From Cyanobacteria bacterium J06614_10 (GTDB lineage: Bacteria > Cyanobacteriota > Cyanobacteriia > Phormidesmidales > Phormidesmidaceae): DNA of 32,000 nt. Location: positions 2,072-34,071 of the forward strand of contig JBCBFY010000029.1 in assembly GCA_038527325.1 (NCBI GenBank). The letters run 5' to 3'. The notes beneath the pieces were generated by a model, which did not search any database, had not been told where the DNA came from, and saw only the letters and a program-made list of their open reading frames with translations. This document shows, in pieces, positions 9,101 to 17,592 of the stretch; the first letter of the stretch is position 1; every line of letters begins with the position of its first letter. Made by a program: the position numbers and the translations under genes.

Positions 9101-10479
9101 GGTGGGGCAACGGCTTCTGCTTCATAGAGCTGCCAGTCGTTACTGGTGATGCGAGTGCTGATATTGCCGCCAATTTTTTTGTTGTTGGCGTCCAAAAATT
9201 TGAAGCGGAAGCCAACGTAGCTGTTGCTATCGGTCTTGCCGTAGCCAGCTATTTTATAGCGTTCACCGGCGACGGCTGAGACAGTTTGCCGGGTGCCGCT
9301 ACCCGCTGCAGAAAGCAAGAGAGACTGACCGCCTGAGAATGAATCGGAGGAGGTCGTTTCGGTGCCGGTTGCGGTTTTCCAGCCCGCTAGGCCAGACTCA
9401 AACCCCGGATTGGTGAGTAGCTCTTCGCCGCTGGTTGGGGGCGGTGGTGGCGCGACCGTTGCGCCCTCAAGGGTGAGGTTGTCGACAAAGAAGCTGCCGT
9501 CGTTCGCGGTTTTGTAGGCTCTTGCCTGTACGAAGCTTGCGTCGCTAGGCGCGGTTGTTTCGATGGTGAAGTCTGCCCAGCTACTGCTGGAAATATCCTG
9601 CGAGACGACGCTGCCTACGCGCTTAAAAGCCTGGTCAAAGAACTTAAGGTCGACAATGGAGCGACCAGCGGAGGTTGTTTTTGCGTTTCCGGTAAACCGA
9701 TAGACTTCGTTGGGTGCGGCTTCGACGATTTGCTTGGCGCCTTTGCTGGTGCCTGTAATTTCGAGGGCGGCACTGCCAGAGAAGGCATCGGTAGAGAGAC
9801 TAGCAGGCGATCGCAATGACCTCCAGCCGGTCAGGCCCTGCTCAAAGTCTCCATTGGTTAGCAGTGCCAGGTTGCCCCCATAGCTTGTCTGAGCTGAGGC
9901 AGATAGGGCAATGTCGCTTTCAATATCACCTGTCGAGACCTCTAGCTGCCAGTCGCCATCTTTACCGGTGAGGTCGTTTGAAGCGGCTACGTCAGCGCCT
10001 GTGAGCTGGGCGATGCGTCTCACTAGCTGGTCGCCGCCTTTTCCAGAGACCAAGTTGCAGCCGTATATCATCAGGTCCGCTTCGGCAGAGAGAGCAGCTG
10101 CCCACTGCTGCAGGCTTTCGCCGTAGCTGTCGATAGATTGGTGAGTGAGAATCGTGTCGCCTAGCTGCAAAAGGCCATCGCTGCCGTGGGAGAAGATATG
10201 GACGCCGCTGAGATTTTCATAGTTAGCCAGGGTTTTGGTGATCTGAGCAATGCCATTTTTTTGACTGTCGATCAGAACAACTTGGGTGTCTTCCAAACCT
10301 TTGATAAGGGTGTCGAGTGAGGCTAGCGCCGTGTCCACAAAGGCGATGTTACGAGGGGTTTTGCCTAGGGTAAGGGGTGCAAATTCGCCTTGGGTAGGTG
10401 CAGGGGAGTTGTCACCGGGCAGACGGTTTGATTCGCCATCAGACCATGGTGCGGAAAAATCAGGATTGGCTAGGCTCAT
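6184..10479 (-). CDS. Giant multidomain surface/secreted protein: DUF4347, 2x CBM4/9-like, Ig-like, Calx-beta, C-type lectin, PA14, C-terminal glucose/sorbosone-dehydrogenase-type beta-propeller
   Basis: 1431-aa ORF. Approximate domain coordinates in nt: DUF4347 at 9946-10350 (IAFVD...VHIFSHGS...LMIYGCNL...GADVAASND). CBM-like 1 at 9466-9867 and CBM-like 2 at 9022-9423 (both open with LLTNGDFE/LLTNPGFE..GL.GW and close with VDNLTLEG/IDQLSLS), separated by poly-Pro linkers. Ig-like at 8632-8979. Calx-beta at 8281-8607 (LTFADGETQKSVDIAILNDNTPEEQEAF). C-type lectin at 7912-8271 (TWEQAQAEARSLGGNLVTIN, FWIGLND, EPN motif at 8020-8028). PA14 at 7495-7878 (GLKGEYYNN..FSVRWTGKV..DDGVRLWVNN). GSDH-type propeller at 6187-7437 (GLLDIAVHPNF, LGLRNPFRMTVDP, GDVGW..WEEIN). 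I saw no classical N-terminal signal peptide. Confidence 0.85.
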   Translation of the reverse strand: MSLANPDFSAPWSDGESNRLPGDNSPAPTQGEFAPLTLGKTPRNIAFVDTALASLDTLIKGLEDTQVVLIDSQKNGIAQITKTLANYENLSGVHIFSHGSDGLLQLGDTILTHQSIDSYGESLQQWAAALSAEADLMIYGCNLVSGKGGDQLVRRIAQLTGADVAASNDLTGKDGDWQLEVSTGDIESDIALSASAQTSYGGNLALLTNGDFEQGLTGWRSLRSPASLSTDAFSGSAALEITGTSKGAKQIVEAAPNEVYRFTGNAKTTSAGRSIVDLKFFDQAFKRVGSVVSQDISSSSWADFTIETTAPSDASFVQARAYKTANDGSFFVDNLTLEGATVAPPPPPTSGEELLTNPGFESGLAGWKTATGTETTSSDSFSGGQSLLLSAAGSGTRQTVSAVAGERYKIAGYGKTDSNSYVGFRFKFLDANNKKIGGNISTRITSNDWQLYEAEAVAPPGTRSIFVWTYKAKASGDAYIDQLSLSTVGSTPPPPPPTDTTAPTVTLNASNVDSSASSYDFTVTYSDSTAVDISSIDDGDIRVSGPNGFSQAATLVSTNNNSDGSPRTASYRITPPGGSWDSSDNGSYAIALNNNQVSDTLGNAATGTSLGSFSVSIAASSTPSLIGLEDSTLSVDESAGTATVTVLRNGGSNGVLTVDYSTVAGSATENVDYTPTAGTLTFADGETQKSVDIAILNDNTPEEQEAFGFAIDNVTGNGTLGAPRTAQISITDDDGFTYNGNQYVLTNGAKTWEQAQAEARSLGGNLVTINAAAEEAWLKQTFGENEGFWIGLNDVDTEDQFEWVSGEPLTYTNWAPGEPNDGGFIGSQDYGWMNFGSTRQWDDNGADATFRGIVEIGDFNGPPVGQGNGLKGEYYNNTDFTDLAVTRTDASVDFDWGFGSPASNIASDTFSVRWTGKVEPLYSETYTFQTTSDDGVRLWVNNQLIIDEYRDQGASTYSGTLTLNAGQQYDIRMEYYENVGAAVAELAWSSASQPLQIIPRSQLYSDPVDSRNLTRQTVVSGLNFPTSIDWLTDGSDRMLVAEQGGVVKLYENGSLQSTPFIDISAQVNGVRDRGLLDIAVHPNFANNPYVYLLFTYDPPEVNNYTGGAGPDGQNNRASRLVRVTADANNNYRTAVPGSEVVLLGKNSTWDNFNGFVNSTFNLEEPPAGILPDGSNLQDFLNSDSESHTIGSVEFGPDGALYVSNGDGTSYNRVDSRSSRVQDIDNLSGKVLRIDPITGKGLSSNPFFNGDADANRSKVYQLGLRNPFRMTVDPRNGQLFIGDVGWTVWEEINAAGPGANFGWPYYEGASGVSERTGGYADLPEAQAFYNSGTPVTPSLYALNHEADGINAIVMGDVYTGDAYPDRYKGDLFFGDLGQGIIRNISFDGSGNISNIETFDIEDPFIVQMVEGPDDQLYYVNQLNGTVKRWVFS

Positions 10480-11402
10480 AGGTTTGGGAAGTTCTGAGTA
10501 TTGAGTTTTTTTAGGTCGGCTTTGGAAAAGCGCTATGCAACAAATTCAAAGCTGGCCGACGGCCTTGAAGCGTGCATATTTCGTCGCGTTAGCAGTGGCC
10601 AGATGCTTCTGGCAGATTGCGCTGGCAAATTGATATATCTCTCAGGCGTCTAGGTTTGGTGGATTGTTCCGTGATTTTTGTAAACCTTGAATAAGCGACG
10701 TTCTGGCTGAAAAGAGAACGACATTTCTCGTAGACGAAGGTGACGAGAAGAGGGCGACCTTAGTACATATGGCGGATGACGGCGGCAGTTTTTTGTAGGT
10801 GCAAAGCCTGTCGATACCTTTTTCTAAGCCATCTCAGCAGCTGCGCTAATGCCAAACCCGTTACGTTTGTTCACCGAACAAATAAAAATAATAAATATGT
10901 CGAGCGGCTTTAAAGGGGTTTTGCCTAATGACTCGGAGCCAATAGAATCGCGGGGTCGATGGGTGTTTTATATCTTTTCAAGATGTGCTCAATAAGACTT
11001 GGCCTATCGGACCGTATAGCTTCGCTTCTACCGTCTTTTCTGATGGTTAGAAACAACAATCTGGTAGTTGAGTGTTTTTGGAAAAACCCCTGTGATGTCT
11101 GTCTGGCGAGGGTTATAGAGAAAATGACAGCCGCACGGGGCAATCTCTCGCTTAATTGCAATGCTCTATATTTTGCGTGCTCAAAGTAGCGAGATAGCGG
11201 GCTTTTAAAGGCTGAACAAAGATAGAGATCGTGCCTTTATTTAGTTGAATTTACTGATTTGGTGCTGGAGATTTCTCTGCTTTTGGCTGCTTTCTCAACG
11301 ATAGATCGCCGGTATTTAAGGATTTCTTTAAGGAAATAGTACTTGTGTTCTACTACTTCTTGTGCTAAAACTACTATCGAAGTTTCGGGGTTTTTATCCT
11401 AA

Positions 11403-11681
11403 ATGAACAAAGCTGAATTAATTGACATGGTTGCAGACAAAGCTGAAGTCTCCAAAAAGGATGCTGATGCTGTGCTATCCGCTGTTATCGAATCGATCAT
11501 GGAATCTGTCGCGGGTGGTGAAAAGGTGAGCCTCGTAGGGTTTGGCAGCTTTGAGCCACGCAGCCGCAAGGCTCGTGATGGCCGCAACCCTCAAACAGGT
11601 CAGACCATCAAGATTCCTGCAACGACTGTGCCGGCATTCTCTGCAGGTAAAGGCTTTAAGCAGCTCGTAGCTTCTGCTTAG
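11403..11681 (+). CDS. hup: HU family DNA-binding protein
   Basis: 92-aa ORF. MNKAELIDMVADKAEVSKKDADAVLSAVIESI ... GFGSFEPRSRKARDGRNPQTGQTIKIPATTVPAFSAGKGFK is a full-length match to the bacterial HU/IHF fold signature. Confidence 0.92.
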   Translation: MNKAELIDMVADKAEVSKKDADAVLSAVIESIMESVAGGEKVSLVGFGSFEPRSRKARDGRNPQTGQTIKIPATTVPAFSAGKGFKQLVASA

Positions 11682-11755
11682 GTTTTTTGCCAGTTGAAAA
11701 GCTAGTTGAAAAACAGCCAGCTGAGAAAAATCTGATTAAGAAAGATGAAATGAAA

Positions 11756-11799
11756 GCGACCCACAGCAGGCAATCTGTTTTGGGCCGCTTTTCTTTTTT
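11756..11799 (+). terminator. Probable intrinsic terminator of the HU gene
   Basis: GCGACCCA (11756-11763) pairs with TGGGCCGC (11781-11788) at 7 of 8 positions. It is followed directly by TTTTCTTTTTT, about 75 nt after the HU stop. Confidence 0.55.
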
Positions 11800-11896
11800 A
11801 TACGAACCTATACAAACGGCGGCAGCTTCACTCTGTCTGGTCGATTGGGAGGGAAAATAGAGGAGGCAAGCAAGGCGAAAGGGACGAGTGGTCAGT

Positions 11897-13288
11897 ATGT
11901 CTATTGCAAGTATCAACCCGACGACGGGAGAAACTCTGAAAACATTTTCTGCCTTGACTGAAGAGCAAATAGAATCGGCGATCGCACAGGCTCAGAGCAC
12001 GTTTGAAACCTATCGCAAGACAGGGTTTGGGCAGCGCAGTGAGTGGATGCAACAGGCTGCGACGCTGCTACTTGAGCAAAAAGCTCAGCTGGCCGAACTG
12101 ATGACGCTGGAGATGGGTAAGACACTGGGTAGTGCGATCGCAGAAGTTGAAAAGTGCGCTTGGGTTTGTCGCTACTACGCCGAACATGCGCAGGCCTTTC
12201 TGGTAGATGAGCCTGCGAGCACTGATGCGAGCCGTAGCTACGTTCGCTTTTTGCCGTTGGGTGTGCTGCTCGCGGTCATGCCGTGGAATTTTCCGCTTTG
12301 GCAGGTGTTTCGCGCGGCGGCTCCGGCGCTCATGGCGGGCAACACTCTGCTGCTCAAGCACGCTTCAAATGTGCCGCAGTCTGCCCTGGCGATCGCAGAT
12401 ATCTTCTCCCAGGCAGGGTTTCCGCCGGGTGCCTTTCAGACCCTACTTGTGAGCGCTAGCCAGACAGCGCCCATCATTGCCGACGAGCGGGTCCGGGCGG
12501 TGAGCCTTACAGGTAGCGGACCGGCGGGGGCGGCGGTGGCTGCGACAGCGGCAAAACACATCAAAAAGTCTGTGCTGGAGCTGGGGGGTAGCGATCCGTT
12601 TATTGTGCTTTCCAGTGCAGATTTGGAGAGTGCGATCGCAACGGCTGCAACAGCCCGGCTGATCAACAATGGCCAGTCTTGCATTGCAGCTAAGCGCTTT
12701 ATTGTGGCTGAGGAGATTGCCGACCGCTTTGAACAGGGCCTAGCGGCGGCGTTTGCTAGCCAAAAAGTGGGCGATCCGAGATTGCCCGAGACCACGATTG
12801 GTCCTCTGGCTACCCCGGATATTCTTAAGGTGCTAGATCAGCAGGTTCGCGCTTGCTTAGCGCAGGGGGCCACAGCTCTAATTGGCGGTGATGTAGACGC
12901 TCTGCAGCGGCAGCTTCCGGAGGCTCTGCAGCGAGGAAACTTTTATCCGCCGACTATCCTAACGGCGATTCCACCGGGGACACCTGCTGGCCAAGAAGAA
13001 TTTTTTGGGCCGGTTGCCTTAGTCTTTCGGGTCGCGGGTATTGATGATGCGATCGCACTTGCCAATTCCACTGCGTTTGGTCTGGGTGCGAGCGCCTGGA
13101 CGAACGATTTGGAAGAACAACAAACGCTCATTGACGAACTCGACGCGGGTGCTGTGTTTATCAATGGCCTGGTAAAATCTGACCCGCGCCTGCCCTTTGG
13201 CGGGGTAAAAACGTCGGGCTACGGGCGAGAGCTGGGCCGCTACGGACTTTTAGAATTTGTTAATGCGAAGACGGTTTGGGTGAAATAG
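11897..13288 (+). CDS. gabD: Aldehyde dehydrogenase family protein, probable succinate-semialdehyde dehydrogenase (TCA bypass)
   Basis: ALDH fold with the catalytic Glu block ELGGSDPFIV and the catalytic Cys block NNGQSCIAAKRF. The likely start is the ATG at 11897 (MSIASINPTTGE); the ORF track begins at the GTG at 11888. It lies directly upstream of the ThDP decarboxylase homolog, the arrangement described for Synechococcus sp. PCC 7002. Confidence 0.75.
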   Translation: MSIASINPTTGETLKTFSALTEEQIESAIAQAQSTFETYRKTGFGQRSEWMQQAATLLLEQKAQLAELMTLEMGKTLGSAIAEVEKCAWVCRYYAEHAQAFLVDEPASTDASRSYVRFLPLGVLLAVMPWNFPLWQVFRAAAPALMAGNTLLLKHASNVPQSALAIADIFSQAGFPPGAFQTLLVSASQTAPIIADERVRAVSLTGSGPAGAAVAATAAKHIKKSVLELGGSDPFIVLSSADLESAIATAATARLINNGQSCIAAKRFIVAEEIADRFEQGLAAAFASQKVGDPRLPETTIGPLATPDILKVLDQQVRACLAQGATALIGGDVDALQRQLPEALQRGNFYPPTILTAIPPGTPAGQEEFFGPVALVFRVAGIDDAIALANSTAFGLGASAWTNDLEEQQTLIDELDAGAVFINGLVKSDPRLPFGGVKTSGYGRELGRYGLLEFVNAKTVWVK

Positions 13289-13391
13289 AGGTATTGGTGA
13301 ATTACGGTCGGTTGCTCAAAATCTGGCTCAAAATCTTTAAACGCTTGGATATTCAAACGCACAATTTCCTACTATTTCTATCTCCATTCCC

Positions 13392-15056
13392 ATGAATACT
13401 GCTGAACTTCTCGTGCGCTGCCTAGAAAATGAAGGCGTTAAGTACATCTTTGGTCTACCTGGCGAAGAAAACCTTCAGCTGCTGCAGGCCCTCAAGCGCT
13501 CTTCGATTCAGTTTATTACCACTCGCCACGAGCAGGGCGCAGCCTTCATGGCCGATGTGTATGGGCGACTAACCGGTAAGGCTGGGGTGTGCCTTTCTAC
13601 CCTGGGGCCGGGGGCGACGAACCTGATGACCGGCGTGGCCGATGCCAACCTCGACCGGGCACCGCTGGTGGCCATTACTGGCCAAGTGGGCACCGACCGG
13701 ATGCATATCGAATCGCACCAGTATCTAGACTTGGTGGCCATGTTTGCGCCGGTGACTCAGTGGAACAAACAAATCGTCCGACCGGACACGGCGCCGGAGA
13801 TTGTTCGCAAAGCTTTTAAGATGGCTCAGTCCGAGCCCCCCGGCGCGGTCCATATCGATCTGCCCGAGAATATTGCCGATATGCCAGCGAGCGGTGAGCC
13901 ACTGCGGGCAGATTTGCCAGCGGTTCCCGTCGCGTCTGATGAGAGTTTGCAGCGGGCAGCGATCGCAATTTCGCAGGCGAGCAATCCGATGATTTTGGTG
14001 GGCAATGGGGCCATTCGCAACCGGGCGAGTGAGGCAATTACCCAGTTTGCCAGGGAGCAAAATATTCCGGTGACCAATACCTTTATGGGGAAAGGGGTTT
14101 TGGACTATACCGACGAGCGATCGCTCTGGACGCTAGGACTGCAGCAGCGAGACTACATTGCCTGCGCCCTTGATGAGAGTGATTTGATCATCACCATCGG
14201 CTACGACCTGATCGAATACGGACCCAAAAAGTGGAACCCGGATAACAACCGGCCGATTATTCACATTGCGCTGACCCCGGCTGAAATCGACAGCAGCTAC
14301 GTGCCTACAGTGGAAGTTGTCGGTGATATTTCTGATGCGCTCAATGAGATTAGCGATCGCATCCACCGCCCAAAAGACCTGCTCAATGGCAATCAGCTCA
14401 GCGCCCAAATTGCCAGCCTGCGCGCCGAAATGCAGGAAAACTATGAGCAATACGCCACCGATACCGGCTTCCCCATCAAGCCCCAAAAGCTGCTGTACGA
14501 CCTCCGGCAGGTCTTAGCACCCGAAGACATTGTGATTTCTGATGTGGGCGCTCACAAAATGTGGATCGCCCGTCACTATCACTGCGCCCGGCCCAATACC
14601 TGTCTTATTTCCAATGGATTTGCCTCTATGGGCATTGCCATTCCGGGGGGCGTTGCGGCCAAGCTCGTATACCCCAATCGTAAGGTTGTTGCGGTCACCG
14701 GAGACGGTGGATTTATGATGAACTGTCAGGAATTGGAAACCGCTCATCGCATTGGCACTGCCTTTGTTACGGTAATCTTTAATGACGGGGGCTATGGCCT
14801 AATCGAGTGGAAGCAAGAATCTCACTATCACGAATCTTCTTACATAAAGTTCAACAATCCCGACTTTGTAAAACTCGCTGAGAGCATGAACCTAAAGGGC
14901 TATCGAATCGAGTCGGCAGAAGATTTTGTGCCGACGCTCAAAGCGGCACTGGCCCAAAACGTACCCACCGTGATCGACTGCCCGATAGACTATCGGGAGA
15001 ATTTGTTATTTAGCGAACAGGCGAAGGCTCTGAGCTGCCCGTTTCCTAGGGGGTAA
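13392..15056 (+). CDS. Acetolactate-synthase-like ThDP enzyme, probable 2-oxoglutarate decarboxylase (TCA bypass)
   Basis: 554-aa ORF. The N-terminal pyrimidine-binding domain reads NTAELLVRCLENEGVKYIFGLPGEENL...TRHEQGAAFMADVYGRLTGKAGVCLSTLGPGATNL. The C-terminal ThDP motif reads GDGGFMMNCQELETAHRIGTAFVTVIFNDGGYG. It is adjacent to the SSADH homolog. Confidence 0.75.
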   Translation: MNTAELLVRCLENEGVKYIFGLPGEENLQLLQALKRSSIQFITTRHEQGAAFMADVYGRLTGKAGVCLSTLGPGATNLMTGVADANLDRAPLVAITGQVGTDRMHIESHQYLDLVAMFAPVTQWNKQIVRPDTAPEIVRKAFKMAQSEPPGAVHIDLPENIADMPASGEPLRADLPAVPVASDESLQRAAIAISQASNPMILVGNGAIRNRASEAITQFAREQNIPVTNTFMGKGVLDYTDERSLWTLGLQQRDYIACALDESDLIITIGYDLIEYGPKKWNPDNNRPIIHIALTPAEIDSSYVPTVEVVGDISDALNEISDRIHRPKDLLNGNQLSAQIASLRAEMQENYEQYATDTGFPIKPQKLLYDLRQVLAPEDIVISDVGAHKMWIARHYHCARPNTCLISNGFASMGIAIPGGVAAKLVYPNRKVVAVTGDGGFMMNCQELETAHRIGTAFVTVIFNDGGYGLIEWKQESHYHESSYIKFNNPDFVKLAESMNLKGYRIESAEDFVPTLKAALAQNVPTVIDCPIDYRENLLFSEQAKALSCPFPRG

Positions 15057-15114
15057 GCGGCTTGATATACTGACGAAGTGAAATCATAACTGGTGATAAG
15101 GAAGGTACTGCGGG

Positions 15115-16488
15115 TTGAGCTCCCAAATACGGTTAGGAACAACAACAACACGTCGGTTACGAGGATTGCTAGCATCTGTAGCTTTCGTTGGATTTTGCCA
15201 GAGCTGCTCGGTGCCCCAAGACTCGGTCAACGCAGCCCCCGACACTGAGCCGAGCCAGCAAGAAGCGGCCTCACCAGACGCTCTCCCTGTGGCCCCCATG
15301 CCTACCGATAGCCAGCCCCTTCCTCCTCCCGGCTCAGCAGATGTCCAAACGCCAGATGCTCAGGTTCCTGGCAGTTCCCCGGGCACCTCAGCTCCGGATA
15401 GTTCTGAACTGCCTGACTTTTGCGATTTGCTCACCCAAATTCCTCAGCCTGCCACGACCTCGACCTACACTGTCGTCGATGAGCAGCAATCGCCCAAATA
15501 CGAGGTGCCAGGGACCGATGTCTTTCGTACAGAGACCCTACCCGCCTACGGCATTCAGTTTGATGAATACGCCCTCTTAAGCACGCTGCAGTCAACGCGC
15601 ACCTACTTCACCGAACAGAGCTGTCAAGATCCCAAAATTCTCAAGAGCGGCATCCTCGGCACCCAAGATGTGGAAGTCTCTGACGTGCTAGATACGCTGG
15701 ACTTCATGATCCAAGTGTTGAGTGAAGATTTGGTCGCGGGACAGCCCACTCGACTCAAAGACGCAACCTTTATCAACCAAAACTTCAAGGTCGTCCGCTG
15801 GCTAGCCTACGACCCTCAGAATCTCAATGAAACCCGCTTGCGGATTACCAAGTACGCGGTGTTTACCCATCCTGGCTCGCGATCGCCCACAGAAGTTTTC
15901 AACACACCGGTCTACAGGCTCAAAGACGATCTGACCGATGAGTCTTTCATTGCTAACTACACAAAGCAAGAGGTGCTGAGCGGTATTTATGAGCCGGGCG
16001 GCGCCGAGTTTGGCAAGGTAGAAACGCTTGCCTACCTCAGCCGTGAAAGTTTTGAAGATGCGTTGCTGCAAGGCACTGCCTATGTCACCTTCCCAGACGG
16101 CAGCGCCACCTATTTCAACGTCGACAAAAACAACGGCATCGCCTACGTTCCAGGACTCGATCAGTGGCAGCAAGAGCGCTACTGGTACTTTAAAGAAGTC
16201 GATCAGCTCAAGGGCTACGGGCACAGCAGCGAGACCAAAATTGCCATCGACCCCGGCGTCACCTTCGCAGGTGATGTGCTCAACATTGGCTTAGGAAAAA
16301 TCATCGCCATCGAAGACAACAATCAGAACATCCGGATCGGCATGGTCGCAGACACCGGCGGTGCCTTTCTCCCAAACTTGCACCAGCTCGACTTTTTTGC
16401 AGGGGTCTTTCCGAGCCGCAGCGCCTACGAACAGGCCGTACAGCCGCTGCCAACCTACGCCCGAACCTACATTCTGCTGAAGAAGTAA
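15115..16488 (+). CDS. MltA-like lytic murein transglycosylase (putative lipoprotein with Pro/Ser-rich linker)
   Basis: 457-aa ORF with a TTG start. It has a basic N-region plus hydrophobic core and a lipobox-like FVGFC, then a low-complexity P/S/A/D-rich segment. The C-terminal 3D-domain-like block IAIDPGVTF...IGMVADTGGAFLPNLHQLDFFAGVF and the ending YILLKK resemble the MltA family. The start codon is uncertain. Confidence 0.55.
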   Translation: MSSQIRLGTTTTRRLRGLLASVAFVGFCQSCSVPQDSVNAAPDTEPSQQEAASPDALPVAPMPTDSQPLPPPGSADVQTPDAQVPGSSPGTSAPDSSELPDFCDLLTQIPQPATTSTYTVVDEQQSPKYEVPGTDVFRTETLPAYGIQFDEYALLSTLQSTRTYFTEQSCQDPKILKSGILGTQDVEVSDVLDTLDFMIQVLSEDLVAGQPTRLKDATFINQNFKVVRWLAYDPQNLNETRLRITKYAVFTHPGSRSPTEVFNTPVYRLKDDLTDESFIANYTKQEVLSGIYEPGGAEFGKVETLAYLSRESFEDALLQGTAYVTFPDGSATYFNVDKNNGIAYVPGLDQWQQERYWYFKEVDQLKGYGHSSETKIAIDPGVTFAGDVLNIGLGKIIAIEDNNQNIRIGMVADTGGAFLPNLHQLDFFAGVFPSRSAYEQAVQPLPTYARTYILLKK

Positions 16489-16596
16489 TGCCTTTAGCCG
16501 ACCTCATGCTAAAGATAAGCAGGATACGGAGTTGTGGTTGCTTCAGCTAAGTTGCTGCTAGCGATTGGTAGTACAATCAAAATACATACGTACTAA

Positions 16597-17580
16597 ATGA
16601 GTGGGTGGGTAAAGATCGAGATGACTCAGGTTTCGTGTTTGGAAATTTGTGCGGGCGCCGGAGGGCAAGCTCTTGGCATAGAGCAAGCGGGATTTACACC
16701 TGAGGCACTAGTCGAAATTGACAAAGCTTGCTGTAACACACTCAGATTTAATCGGCCTCGCTGGAATGTTATTGAGGGTGACATCAGAGAGTTCGACGGA
16801 GCCTCTTTTAAGGGTATTGATTTATTGGCTGGCGGTGTTCCCTGCCCTCCTTTTTCTAAGGCTGGTAAGCAGTTGGGAACACGTGACGAGCGCGATCTTT
16901 TTCCCGAAGCTTTACGCTTGATTGATGAATGTCGGCCGCGTACGGTAATGCTAGAAAACGTCAGAGGGTTCTTAGATCCGAGATTTGAAGAATATAGATT
17001 ACTACTCAAATCTAAGCTTGAAAAAATGGGCTACAACGTAGATTGGAAAATACTCAATGCATCGGATTTTGGTGTGTCTCAGCTGAGACCTCGCGTTGTT
17101 ATTGTCGCTATTAAAAGAGCTCTGTCGGGCAGTTTTCTATGGCCGAAATCATTTCAACAGAGACCTCAAACAGTTGGACAGCTTCTTTATGACCAAATGG
17201 CTGTTAATGGTTGGAAAGGTGCTGAAGACTGGCGACAGCAGGCGAATGACATTGCGCCTACTTTAGTAGGCGGTTCTAAAAAACATGGAGGGCCTGACTT
17301 AGGCCCTACCCGTGCTAAGCGTGCGTGGGCAAAGCTGGGCGTCGATGGTATGGGTATTGCTAATGACTCACCTGCCTGTAATTTTGATGGTATGCCAAGG
17401 CTGACTGTACCGATGGCAGCCAGAATTCAAGGATTTCCAGATACATGGCACTTTGTTGGGAAAAAAACACCAACCTATCGTCAAGTTGGTAATGCTTTTC
17501 CTCCACCGGTGTCACAAGCTGTTGCTTCAGCAATTTACACGAGTCTGAGCCGTCAGACGGTGTTCTCAATATCGAGATAG
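16597..17580 (+). CDS. DNA (cytosine-5)-methyltransferase (Type II R-M methylase)
   Basis: All the core C5-MTase motifs are present. Motif I is LEICAGAGGQALG. Motif IV is GGVPCPPFSKAG (catalytic Cys codon at 16843-16845). Motif VI is MLENVRGF. Motif VIII is QLRPRVVIVA. Motif IX is RLTVPMAARIQGFPD. Motif X is YRQVGNAFPPPV. The start could alternatively be the ATG at 16621. Confidence 0.92.
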   Translation: MSGWVKIEMTQVSCLEICAGAGGQALGIEQAGFTPEALVEIDKACCNTLRFNRPRWNVIEGDIREFDGASFKGIDLLAGGVPCPPFSKAGKQLGTRDERDLFPEALRLIDECRPRTVMLENVRGFLDPRFEEYRLLLKSKLEKMGYNVDWKILNASDFGVSQLRPRVVIVAIKRALSGSFLWPKSFQQRPQTVGQLLYDQMAVNGWKGAEDWRQQANDIAPTLVGGSKKHGGPDLGPTRAKRAWAKLGVDGMGIANDSPACNFDGMPRLTVPMAARIQGFPDTWHFVGKKTPTYRQVGNAFPPPVSQAVASAIYTSLSRQTVFSISR

Positions 17581-17592
17581 TAGAGATATTTC

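Noticed and set aside
10925-11189. Two overlapping ORFs of 76-78 aa on opposite strands in the long intergenic region.
   Set aside because: They mutually overlap, have no recognisable motifs, no ribosome-binding sites and atypical composition. They are more likely chance ORFs in AT-richer DNA.
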